38,026 bases of DNA, from contig NW_025214932.1 of assembly GCF_004010195.1 (NCBI RefSeq), forward strand, positions 17,311 to 55,336. The letters are read 5' to 3'. The first letter of the stretch is position 1. Every line of letters begins with the position of its first letter. Below are positions 12,210 to 23,549 of the stretch, one piece after another. This DNA comes from Chiloscyllium plagiosum. Taxonomy: Eukaryota. The notes beneath the pieces were generated by a model. The model had not been told where the DNA came from. It saw nothing but the letters and a program-made list of their open reading frames with translations, and searched no databases. A program made the position numbers and the translations under genes.

Positions 12210-13600
12210 TCATCGTGTAAGTCAGTACATGGGCTCAAGCAGATGGTGAGAATCATGTTACCAAGAAAATGCACAGGAACTTAAGAATGGTCCAGATGGA
12301 GCAAACTATACTTGCTAAACGATGCACAGAAATGAGTCCTCTAGTAAAAAGAATAAAGTACGAAGCTGGTTTCAAATTGAAAGTTGTAACACTCACTAAC
12401 TCATCCAAGTAACTGTGGCAATGAGGGAATTCCACGTTGGTGAAAAACTGCTGCAAGATTGAAATTAGATACAATTCTCCCTGATGACACTACCTGAAAT
12501 CAAATATGCATGAGACAGGGATGATCCACTGGCTTGGTCTTGAGAAGCATGTTATCAGTCTGGGTCCTCGAACCATCAGAATGGTAACATCATCACCAAA
12601 AAAAACAATGCATGTATACACATTTAAATGAGCTAAATCAAACAGAATCCAGTGAAGCTTTCAGAGCAACAGTTACTTTGTGCAGCTGCCTTAAGGAACA
12701 AAATGCCTAGTGTTTCAGCAGGAGACCAAGAGTGCTCAGAGCCTACCATAAAAACCTCTGCCACAATTAACTTTTTTCAGCAATTATCAGTCAAAAATAC
12801 AATTAACACCATTATATTACATCATGGCGACATGAATGATATGCCTGTGAATTTGGATGTGCCCAGCAACTGAATCGTGGAGTGGGAAGATTCAAAGGCT
12901 GTTCCAGTGAAAACAACAGGACATGAGAAGACCAGATTCATCACCAATAAAATGTAATTAAAATCTATGCTAATTTACAAAGATGAACCGGGCCAAAAAT
13001 CAAGTCCCATGCATGGGTTTTTCTGCATATCCATGATGACAGTTTGGATGGATGAAAATTGAATGAAGTTGTAAATCAATAATGGGTGGAATAGGCTTTC
13101 CAGCAGCCTGTGCAAAGGACACAGGACGGAAATATTTTTACAAAGTATGAAAATAAGCACACTGCCCCATTTGATATTTTGTGTTGGTTTTAATCAGCAA
13201 ATCAAAGGATAATTCCAAAATGTGGAGCACTAAGTTCAGTGAAATGGAAGCTGTTTTGCTGGGGAGGATGTTTCTGAAACTGAAGGCACTACATCTGATC
13301 CAGATGATGCCACAGCCAAGATGATTCAAATGAATTTGCTGAACTGTATTTGTTATCAAAGATAATTAAATGGATGGATTTTAAAATGTTTCCAGTGTGG
13401 ATAATGGAATGCTTGTCAAATGAATTCATTCAAATAAACATGCCACATAGGTTTGTGTTGAGTTACCTTGGTTATAGTTTCTATTTTAACATTTCAAAAT
13501 GACAATCACCTGTACCCACATCAGGATATACTCAAGTGTATAAGCCAAGTCCCTTTTGTTTTAGATTTTTAAGACCCTTCAAAGATTAGCTTGTATACCA
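12210..13600 (+). mobile_element. Decayed pogo/POGK-like (Tc1-mariner superfamily) DNA transposon
   Basis: From ATG 12332: MSPLVKRIKYEAGFKLKVV...REFHVGEKLLQD* (Brinker-DBD-like); GDMNDMPVNLDVPSN*IVEWEDSKAVPVKTTGHEKTRF (start of the DDE domain); WMDEN*MKL*INNGWNR; terminal tatactcaagtgtataagcc motif near 13528. Many stops, frameshifts and deletions; ends uncertain. Confidence 0.8.
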
Positions 13601-13604
13601 CAAT

Positions 13605-13840
13605 CGATGATTAGAATGGTGCTGGAAAAGCACAGCAAGTCAGGCAGCATCCGAGGAGCAGGAAAATCGACGTTTCAGGCAAAAGCCCTTCATCAGGAAT
13701 GAGGCCTCAAACCTCATGAAAGGCTTTTGCCCGAAATGTCAGTTTTCCTGCTCCTCAGATGCTACCTGACTTGCTATGCTTTTCTAGCATCACTCTAATC
13801 TTGACTCTAATCTCCAGCATCTGCAGTCCTCACTTTCGCC
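13605..13840. mobile_element. Non-autonomous Penelope pLTR fold-back with 9-bp TSD
   Basis: Left arm 13609-13704 is the reverse complement of right arm 13712-13800; flanked by the exact direct repeat taccacaat at 13596-13604 and 13841-13849. Confidence 0.9.
13669..13696 (-). ncRNA. Minimal hammerhead ribozyme motif
   Basis: Minus strand CTGATGA-A-GGGC-TTTT-GCCT-GAAA-CGTC; core intact, stem II closing pair is G-U. Confidence 0.7.
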
Positions 13841-15254
13841 TACCACAATTCTTAAGATCTGATGAAGTATCCCTCCCTGCAATATTACTCTTTTAATTTT
13901 TTTTCTCTTGTTTTAGACGATGGTGTAATTACTGAATATTTTCAGTGTTTTATGTTTAATCACCACCAACACTATGGATAACCTGGAATGTCAACAATAC
14001 TTTGTATTTGCAATCTGTGTCTCTCCCACAACTTCACACATTATTTCAATAAGATTAAGATACGTCTCTTATTAACTAATGGGATTGTGTACATCAGGCA
14101 ATGAATTAACAAAAAAAGATTCATACTTTTTTCTGCTATTGTGATAGAAAACATCTGAAATAGTTAATAGGTTAGTGACAAGTGTCACTGGTAGTTCAAA
14201 AGATCAATGTTTTGGATTTTAATCAGGCAATTATGTAATATTTAAATTATCAAATTTCATTCAATCATTTTAACTTGATTTGAACTGAATATTACAAAAG
14301 AGGTCAGCATGCTGATTTGAAAACCATATAGTCCATCAGAATTGAGAGAAAATTATTTTGGCAAAACAATATACGCAGCAAAAAAGAATTGTGCAAAATA
14401 TTGTTGACCAAGTTTTATTTGTTGTATGATTTAATGATCTACTGATGAAAATGTTAGAATCTGCAGCCTCCTACCATAATCGTAGTCAAACAGAAGCACA
14501 CACTATATACAACCTGATCTTCTATTGTAGAAATGTTCGCCCTCTGGTATGGACTTGTTCTTGTCCCAAGCAGAAGTATGGGTTTGAGACAGGAAATCAG
14601 ACAGCAGTCTGCTCCGATAAGGGAGGGTATTGTCTGAGGGAGTTGGCTCAAGATCACTCCCCAGAGATTTTTGGGTGGGAAGGGATGGCTGACAGGATAC
14701 CACATGTAAAGCTGCCTAATATTCTTCTCTACAGCTGGCTGTTTTTACTTAAGTGACTAATGGAAAAAGTCTGCATAGATTTAGAACGTCATTTTATCTT
14801 GCGTTTGGTTGTATAACTTCATCATAAATGTATTCATTTCAGTGTTTGTTTGCACTTAGTTATAATTTTCTTCAACCATCCACAGAAAGAAACCAATATC
14901 TTCCAAAGGTGGTTGGTGGCAGTTTCTGGGGATCGTAAAAATATATGAACAATTTAAGAAAATTTAGCAAATCTAGATCTTCCCTTGATCAGTCACAGCT
15001 GTCGTTCTCAGTACAGCAAATTGATCAAGTGTGCATTTCTGTGGCAGCACGGTATGTATTTGACAGCTTTGTGAATTTTTTGAAAGTCTGCATTTATTGA
15101 GAGTAGAATATTTTCTCTGCGTGTAATTCTGCCCCTCAGCTGTCTGCTTCATGTCCTGCACTACCGCTGAAAACCCTCTCTACCCTCATTGGTGGGCAAG
15201 GGAAAAAGGGAAGCGGCAAAAGGTAGCTGAACTAATGACCTTTATCCAAGTGAC

Positions 15255-16560
15255 AAATCAGAGTTATCATTTCATGTCCCGTGACCCTTCCTGAGAACTG
15301 ATGATAGCTGGAAAAAATGTTGGTTTTTATACAGAAGGTAGGGTGTGGAATAAACAATAGATGGGGATTGGGCCCAAAGGAAAAGAAGGACAGACAAAAG
15401 AGTGGGTAACGATCCGGCTGGGGGTGGTGGGGGGCCAGGGTGAATAGAGTAAATGCAGACTGTTCGTGGCTAACAATAGTTGGTGTGTTATGGCAGACTG
15501 TGATAACAAGGCCTGGTGTATGGGGTGGGGGCTAGGACATGGGAGAATTTAGGCTCTAAAATTATTGAACTTGATTTTGAGTCCAGAGGGCTACATGGTC
15601 CCCAAGCGGAAAATGAGGTGTTGCTCTTCCAGCTTGCGCTGAGCTTTGTTAGAATGCTGCAGTAAGGCTGAGACAGAGATATTGGCAAGGGAACAGGGTG
15701 GTGTGTTGAAGTGGCAGGCAACTTCTGGCAGATCTGGGTCATTTTTGCAGGTGGAACGTAGGTGTTCTGCCAAACAGTCACCCATTCGATGCTTTGTTTC
15801 CCCAGTGTGGAGGAGACCACGTCTGGAGCAGCAAATGCAGTAGACTAGTGTGAAATGAAGGTAAAGTGCTGCTTCACTTGGAAGGTTATGTTTGGGCCCT
15901 TGGATATGGAGGAGTGAGGTGGTAAATGGAGCTGTGGGAATGAGGGTGTTGAGAGTGAGGGGCCCACGTGAAAGGAGAGTATTAGAGCTGGGTAAAGTGG
16001 TCCATGGAATGGGGAGAGAACTCTTGTCTAAAGAAATGGGCACAGTGGTGAAGATGATGATGTTGTGTCGTGACCATTCCATTTGGGACACTCTGGTCCA
16101 CTCTTCCTTCACTCCGAACAAGCCTACAACCACTGCACCTTCCCCTGCAGCTGCCAAAGGTGTAACACTTGCCCATTTACCTCCCCTCTCCTCAGTATCC
16201 AAGGGCCCAATCCCACATACCAGTCCTTGTTATCACAGTCTGCCATTACACACTACCTATTGTTAGCCACTAACAATCTCCATTAACAGCTATTCGCCCT
16301 CCCAACCAGATTGTTATCCACTTCTTTGTCCAACTGTTCTTCTCTCTCTTTGGGCTCTATTCCCCACCTGCCATTTACTCCTTACCCTCTTTCCTCACCC
16401 TACCTTCTGTGTATAAAACATTTTCCTAGCTACCATCCGTTCTAAGGAATGGTCATTGGACTTGAAATGTTAACTCCGATTTCTCTTTACAGATGCTGCC
16501 AGACCTGCTGAGCTTTTCCAGAAATTTCTGCTTTTGTTTCTGATTTACAGTATTTGCAGT
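15255..16560. mobile_element. Second Penelope family: inverted pLTRs around GIY-YIG remnants
   Basis: 15255-15535 is an inverted copy of about 16205-16482 (both translate to LLSQSAITH.LLLATN.LH-like text on opposite strands); minus-strand VYCICCSRRGLLHTGETKHRMGDCLAEHLRS...EEQHLIFRLGT is GIY-YIG-like; degenerate hammerhead cores near 15268-15295(-) and 16442-16471(+). Confidence 0.88.
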
Positions 16561-17299
16561 TAGGATTTAGGAGTGAAAGGTTTAAGCAATGGGTAATAAA
16601 AGAATCTAGGAACTTATCTTTCCCTGGATTAGTGACTGAATTTGGCAAGAGTTAGAATTGGCATCTTCAATGGCATGTTAATTTATCTCAGCATAAATTC
16701 CTTTGTTAAATAGGTTGTTTCTTCTTTGCAAAACAGTATTTCTATTGTTTTGCCTTCCTGTAAATGTTATTGAACTTGTTGAAAAAACATTGTTAGTTTG
16801 GATAAGAGATTCCTGGACCATAATGGACTTTTATAAATCTGTATAAGTCATATGACATAAGGAGTTATATGAAGCATAGAATCGTGCTTATAATTCCACA
16901 AAATATCTCCAGTCTAATTGTTACTGATGGGAAATTAGGCCAATTTTGTACAATGTGCACTTTTGGTAAGTACTTCAAGTGAGATTTGATCTCTGAGAAT
17001 TGGAGATGAAACCAAAGTTTGGCTTGAGAAAATATTTATCAGAATATGTGATTTCTATGAAGACTTTCGTGAAGTATTACATTTGTTTTCATTTTATGTT
17101 ACTGATCAGTTTCACAAGTGTCACTTCAATGTTCAGAGATGATTCGTTATTCAGTTCGATTGCATGTAAACTCCTGAAAATAACCAAATAAGAGATTTTT
17201 CTCTGGAGTGTGTTTATCTTCTGTGCTGATTGTTGGTGAACTTGTATGGAATCGACTGCATTATCAAACTCTTTTATTGTGTGTTTATATTTGGTACAT

Positions 17300-17500
17300 A
17301 AAAAGTAAAGTCGGACAGAGTCTTACCAGACCATAGAGCTGCTCTCTGTTAGAGAGTGGTGGTTTAATCCAAGGGTCACCACACCTCCGGTGATGAGAAA
17401 GGTTGAGAAGGAAAGTGCTTCATGGTAACCTCAGCTGGTGTGAGAATTGAACCCATGCAATTGGCATCACTCTGTATCTCAAACCTGACGTCCAGCAATG
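17300..17500 (-). mobile_element. tRNA-derived SINE (family not named)
   Basis: Minus-strand B-box gggttcaattctc near 17443-17454 followed by accagctgaggttaccatgaag; second fragment at 1706-1770. Confidence 0.65.
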
Positions 17501-19127
17501 CTTAAGGAAGATATGATTGATGTTTTGTTTTTGTTTCGACTCTATAATTGACTTTTAGTGGTGAGAAGTGCACTAAGTTTTTCTGTCCCTGTGACTGACT
17601 AAACTGTAGTTATTTATGTGACTCAATTTGTTAATGCCTTTGTAAATTGCTCGCAGTTTATTGGCTTTGTCTCCTCATCCACCTCATTTCCATACTGAAG
17701 TGGTTGCTTGGTTTCACTATGCGGGAATGGGCGGATCATGTTTCTAAATCTCTGTCTTGTTTGGGCAAGTTAAACAGCCTGACAAAGAGCCAGGGGGCTG
17801 GGTGTGGAAAGGCAGAAACATAGAGTGCCACAGAAACGTTTATTAACAGAAGAAAAGGTGGATTGTTTGCTTGCGTTAATTGCACTCAACATAATACTTT
17901 TGGATTTTTTGTGTGAAAGAACGAGCCAGTGCTGTTTTCTTTAGCATGCAGTACAGTGTTTTCAATGGAAGTCAGCAAATTCTCTCTAAAACAGTGTGCA
18001 GTAATACATTGTTTAAAACATTATTCCATACCATGATGAGATAAAGTTCATAACACAGTTTGGCTAGATTTTAGATATTTAAATCCAAGAAAATGTATTG
18101 CAGAAATCAGGAACTGAAAGGAGATTTAGGGTTGAGGAAAGGGGAGTGCAAGTTTTAAAGGAAACATGCCATTTTAAAAAAAATGTTATTGTTGACCCTT
18201 TTCTGACATAAGGCAGTGTTGAAAATATAAAATGCACCATCCCACCATTTGCACGTGGTATCGTTGTAATGAAAAAGCTTTTGTTCTCTAATTCCTGTCC
18301 TTACTTAAACAAAAGATCTCCTAAGAAATTCATCACAAAGAAGAAGGTTTCATAACAAACACCAATGAACTACCAGGCAGCTTAAGAACTAGGATGAGTG
18401 GAAGGATGAATCAATTAGGATAAGTTTACTTTGTTTCAGAAAAGCGATTCTTGGTAACATTAAAAAGCTGCAATGAAATCAATAAATTGACCATACAAAA
18501 ATATAACTATCAACAATAGTGGAACTGTCCTGTGTTAAACTGGAACATTGGGCTAGCTTACTCCAAGCCATTCAAATGTACTGTGACCTTTGTTATAACA
18601 GACATGGTTTATGTCTCCCTCATTAATCAAGAAACCAGAATCCTTATAAGGAAACCACTTCTAAAACACAGCCAGTTGCTAAAGATAACGTTAAAAAAAC
18701 CTGTGATCTAAAGGGTATATTAATAGAGGGAGAAGTAGGAGTTCTCTCCTCTACTTTCCTGTTTAAAAAAATCAGTTTAGCATGTTTAAAATGTGCAAAG
18801 TTTGCATAAGTGTCTTAGCTTGACTGAATCCAGTTCTTCTTAAGTGGTCACAGTTTAAAAAAGTCCTATCTCCTCACTATACCTAAAGAATTAAACTGCT
18901 TATTGATAGGACTGTGTGAATCTTAGCTCCGCCACTTTAACATCATGATCCAGTATCCAATTTGCACAAGATCAGAAAGCCAGTTAGTAAGCATTTATTT
19001 TTTAATACACTCAATGTAACTGTGAACTACAATGAAATCCATTATTTTAGGGAAATAAGTACAAACTAATCAACTGTTATTTTCATTGGCAGGCAAAAAA
19101 TCCAAAAGAAATCATAAACTTTTTTTT

Positions 19128-19570
19128 AACATAGAACAAGACAGCGCAGTACAGGCCCTTCGGCCCTCGATGTTGTGCTGCCCTGTCATACTAATCTGAA
19201 GCCCATCCCACCTACACTATTCCATGTACATCCATATGCCTGTCCAATGATGACTTAAATGCACTTAAACTTGGCGAATCTACTACCGTTGCAGGCAAAG
19301 CATTCCATACCCTTACTACTCTGAGTAAAGAAACTACCTCTGACATCTGTCTTATACCTATCTCCCTTCACTTTAGAGTTGTGTCCCCTCGTGTTTGCCG
19401 TCCCCAGACTTGGAAAAAGGCTCTCCCTGTCCACCCTATTTAACCCTCTGATTATCTTGTATGTCTCTATTAAGTCACCTCTCAACCTTCTTCTCTCTAA
19501 CGAGAACAGCCTCAAGGCACTCAGCCTTTCCTTGTAAGACATTCCTTCCATACCAGGCAACATCCTAGTA
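19128..19570 (-). mobile_element. Relatively young 5'-truncated CR1/HER1 LINE 3' end
   Basis: ORF 19255..19563 MLPGMEGMSYKERLSALRLFSLERRRLRGDLIETYKIIRGLNRVD...TRGH; tail gagggccgaagggcctgtactgcgctgt...ttctatgtt; CpGs retained. Confidence 0.93.
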
Positions 19571-20184
19571 TGGGAATTTTACTTCATTTTTAAAGTAGGA
19601 GACTCTGAATTAAATTCTGCATCTCCTGGTGCAGCAAATAGGAATGTAAATATTCCTCTGAAGTTGGGATATTTGTATTGCAATATTTACAGATAAAAGA
19701 TGAAATCAAAAGGGAACTGTCTGCTTATTGTTCCCTTTCTACCATTACCCACCCTCCTTCATCCCAAAACAAAGGGAGCAACAGTAAAATGTAATTAGTC
19801 AAATTAGGTTTGCTATGTTTAAAGTGCTATGGAAGATTTAAAGGTTAGTAACTCATTTTCAAATATGGTTCCTGCAATTTGCAATGCTCATTACTGTCAA
19901 GTTGGAATATAAACTCAGTGTTCAACCCTAATCCCATGGGACAAAAGCCTCTAAATTAGATTGCTCACATTGAATTCTTATTCTCTCTTGCATCAGTCCT
20001 CAGCCAATCGGTAGCTTTGTAAATATTTTACTTTAATTGCTGCAAAAGAATTGTAGTGGCAATGTCTTCACAATGTCAAATAAGAGGATGCAATGTGCAA
20101 GTGGATCAGCATTTGGTGCATGATGTTTCACATGTTGTTTCACGTGTCAATGTGGAGAGAAAGACTGAAGGTACAAACATGCCT

Positions 20185-20557
20185 CAGTTGATAATCCGGA
20201 GGTTACTGGTTCAAGTTCAACTTTGAAGGTTTGAGCACATACGTCAAAACGGATACTCCAGTGCAGTACTGATGGGAAGAGTGCTGGATTGTTAATTAGG
20301 CTGAAAAGGATGAAATCTTAAACTGAGGTTGAAGAGCTAGAGAGCTATTTCTGGTCAATATTTATCCCTGAATCAACAACAAAAAAAAGTTTAACTGTGA
20401 TGCTGTTTGGTATGTGTTTACTATGTGCACTGTGGCTGGTGCTTTCTCTATTTTGCATCAGTGAGTCCATTTCAAAAGACAACTTCTTTGGCAATGCGAT
20501 ACTTCAAGACCTCCTGTGGTTGGGACGATGCTATATAAATACAAGCCTGTCTTTCTT
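20185..20557 (+). mobile_element. DeuSINE (SacSINE1/AmnSINE-related), decayed
   Basis: B-box ggttcaagt; actccagtgcagtactga; ggtcaatatttatccct; 3' gctatataaatacaagcctgtctttcttt. Confidence 0.7.
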
Positions 20558-21251
20558 TAAATGACTCTGTTTTCCCCAAGGGCTCACCTGAAACAAAATC
20601 ATCCCAATGCCATTTCATTCCTTGTACATTTAAAATACATTTGTGGCAGCTTCAATAACTGTTTTTAGTTGAAGACCCGGACCCATTTCCGGTACTTTTT
20701 GACCTTTTTTTAAGACCAGTCATAGTAAAGAGTAAATATTTGTTCCCAATGGTGAAAAAACAACAGACACTGCCAGTAGCTGCATCATGCATTGACACAT
20801 GTTGCTATTGTTGTAAAGCCGTGAGATCACTTCAGCTCATGACACTGGTATGTTCAGCATTTAGTAGCGCCATTGAGCATTGTTTGGCAGTGTGGAAATC
20901 CTACTTTAATACAGTGCCTTTTTGTTTATGGGTTCTAATATCAAGTATGTTTTGATTTTTCTTGACATCTAAAGCAGATTTTGTACACAAGAGAAACACT
21001 GCTTTATGTCTGGTTCAGATCACATCTTTCTACCAAATAATGGTAAAAGCAGGAATAATTTGCACCTGAATAAAGCATTATCAAAACCAGGTAAACAATT
21101 GGCCTAAACCATTTTGTAATTAGTGACTCAACAAGTATGAAGGTTTCAAACCAATTATTTCCTAATCATACATTCTGCTAATCACTGAACAATGAAAATG
21201 AATCATTGGTATACAAGTGAATCATCATATGTTTGATCAAGAAGTTATACA

Positions 21252-21627
21252 ATGTGGTGCTGGAAAAGCACAGCAGGTCAGGAAGCATCCGAGGTGCGGG
21301 AGAATCGACGTTTCGGGCATAAGCCCTTCATCAGGAATGGTCTTTGTTGCAAAGGAATGGAATACAAAAGTAACAAAGTATTGCTACAGTCCATTGTTGA
21401 GACCTCACTGTCATAGAAACAGACCCTTTGGTCCAATCTGTCCATGCCGACCAGATATCCTAAATTAATCTAGTCCAATTTAGAGGACTCCTAGTAGTTT
21501 GGTCTCCTAGTAGTTCAGAAGGGCTTATGTCCAAAACATTGATTCTTCTGCACCTCGGATGCTGCCTGACCTACTGTGCTTTTCCAGCAACACATTTCGA
21601 CTCTGATCTGCAGCCCTCACTTTCTCC
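21252..21627. mobile_element. Penelope pLTR fold-back with TSD and ~180-bp captured spacer
   Basis: Arms 21252-21338 and 21519-21627 are inverted; TSD aagttataca at 21242-21251 and 21631-21640 (13/14 when extended to caa[g/t]aagttataca); spacer 21339-21518 matches the reverse complement of 22529-22712. Confidence 0.9.
21307..21334 (-). ncRNA. Minimal hammerhead ribozyme motif with intact core
   Basis: Minus strand attc-CTGATGA-A-GGGC-TTAT-GCCC-GAAA-CGTC-gatt; palindromic ACGT in place of stem III and a GUC cleavage triplet. Confidence 0.8.
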
Positions 21628-21669
21628 AATAAGTTATACATTTGATTTTGAATTTCTTCAATTGAATGA

Positions 21670-21955
21670 TAGCCTGGTCAGCCTCCCAACATTCACCCTT
21701 GTAAACCTGGGCTTATTCAAAACCTCTACTGCCTCTGTTGATTCACACCAAGCCCTGTTCATTCAACATCTCTGTGTGTGCCAACCCACATTAATTTCCA
21801 CTCTTGCAATTCCTTGATTTTAAAATTCTCACTTTTGTTTTCAAATCCTTCAATGGATTGAACCTTTGTTATTTCTGTAAACCCCTCCAGCTCTACGACT
21901 CTCCAAGATATTAATGCTGTTTCAATTCTGGCATCTTGCACATTCCTGATTTCAT
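21670..21955 (+). mobile_element. L2 LINE ORF2 C-terminal fragment
   Basis: cttattcaaaac (LIQN) and gattttaaaattctcacttttgttttcaaatccttcaatgga (DFKILTFVFKSFNG), typical of L2. Confidence 0.75.
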
Positions 21956-22067
21956 CCCTCTATCTTCACCTGTCTGAGTTTTTTTTTACAAAAAAGAGCG
22001 TTTTGATCAAGCTGGTATATCACAGTATATATGTCACTGTTACTTTTGGTTACATTCCTGTAAACTA

Positions 22068-22780
22068 AGATCAAAAGAAATAGCATGAGTCAGCCATTTG
22101 GCCAACTGAGCCTGCTGTGTCATTCAGTAGGATTGTGGCCTTAACTCTACTTTCTGCATAATCTTTGACTCCCTTGTAGATCAAAAATCTAGCCACTGCC
22201 TTGAATGTGTTAAATGATCCAGCCTCTACTGCTCACTGTGGAAGAAAATTCTAAAGATTAATGTTTGCCCTCTGAGAAACAAAGTTCCTTCCTATGTCCA
22301 TCTTAAATGGGAAATGCCTCACTTTTAAACTCCCACTCAGGAAATATCCTCTCAGTACCCACAATATCCTCTCAGTACCCACAATTTCCTCTCAGTACCC
22401 ACAATTTCCAGCATCTGTGAAGCTCCTAGAATTGGATATTTTCAAATAAGATCATCTCTCATTCTACTATACTCCTCTCCAATGAGTATAGGACCAAATT
22501 GTTCAATCTTTTCTCAGTAAATCCCTACTCTGAACTACTAGGAGACCAAGAGTATACACAATCCTCTAAATGGGATTAGATTAATTTAAGATATCTGGTT
22601 GGCATCGATGAGTTGGACTAAAGGGTCTGTTTCTATGACTATGTGGCCTTTACAATGCACTGTACCAATACTTTGTTGCAAAGGGAATGGAATATGAAAC
22701 TAACAAAGACCAACAATCCAGTTATCCTCCTAACCATCATTTTGTGATTAATGTACAGGAGCACCCAGATACTTTCATGC
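22068..22780 (-). mobile_element. Internally deleted CR1 3' remnant with an inserted HE1/HER1-type tail
   Basis: CR1 3' UTR-like sequence from 22068; agatcatctctcattct (RMR.DL on minus); ggagaccaa (WSP); plus-strand tail gagttggactaaagggtctgtttctatgact ending near 22640. Confidence 0.75.
22343..22409. repeat. 20-bp tandem repeat, about 3.3 copies
   Basis: aat[a/t]tcctctcagtacccac at 22343, 22363 and 22383 plus a partial copy. Confidence 0.95.
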
Positions 22781-23381
22781 GAAAGAAGTTCCTTGCATCT
22801 TTTTTAACTGTACGTTTTGTGTTTCATACAAATGCATGATGTTGTTGCCATGATGAATAGCTGTAGATTATGCATTTCAGCCACATATACTACAACAGGA
22901 ATAATTTTTCTTGTGCACTGAAATTGCGGAACAGTATTGTTGAATGAATGGAGGAACTTTTCCATATCTGCTCCCAATGATTCACATCAAACAGCCTGAA
23001 ATCAGATGTAAGAAATTATATATGGAATTAATTGAACCCTCCTAAACCCTGCTGTAAATCAGCAACAACTTTTCTTCATGCTTGGGTGTAGCATCCCCTT
23101 TTCATTGGAGATTCTGCAATGCCAATGGCGCTATGCAAATGTAAGTGTTGTGCTGAATGAAAATGCCACCACCAATTTTACAGTGTATTAATTAACTACC
23201 TTCCACCATTACAAAACTGTCCATTATTTCACTACGGGATTTTGTCAGCCATTATAACCATTCTATATGGCCTCTCCAAGTTGCTAGTTAATCACAAATG
23301 CTGAGTAGATTTGTGTCATTGTACTCAGACCTCTGTTGATACCTTATAATTTCATGTGTTTGATGTTATGATTTTTTTCAG

Positions 23382-23549
23382 ATTGACAGCCTCTGAGAAA
23401 TGTCATTTTGCCTTGCTGTCCCTTACCAACTCAGCCCCCAACTCATTCCCTCATGTGAAAATCTTCATCAGAAATGCTAACTTGTAAAAACCCACTGTCC
23501 CCGAATACTTCCATAAGAATTTTCGACAGTTCGCTAACACTAGCAACAG
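23382..23549 (+). other. Candidate 168-nt exon, stops in all three full frames (UTR or lncRNA)
   Basis: atttttttcag acceptor and CAG|gtgagc donor in sequence with no recognised repeats. Confidence 0.35.

Noticed and set aside
14445..14756. Overlapping ORFs on both strands
   Set aside because: No recognisable motif or convincing splice sites.
15591..16202. 203-aa ORF, the longest in the window
   Set aside because: Chance read-through across rearranged Penelope fragments; not a functional endonuclease.
22343..22409. Repeats suggesting a CRISPR-like array
   Set aside because: Head-to-tail tandem units with no spacers, in eukaryotic DNA.
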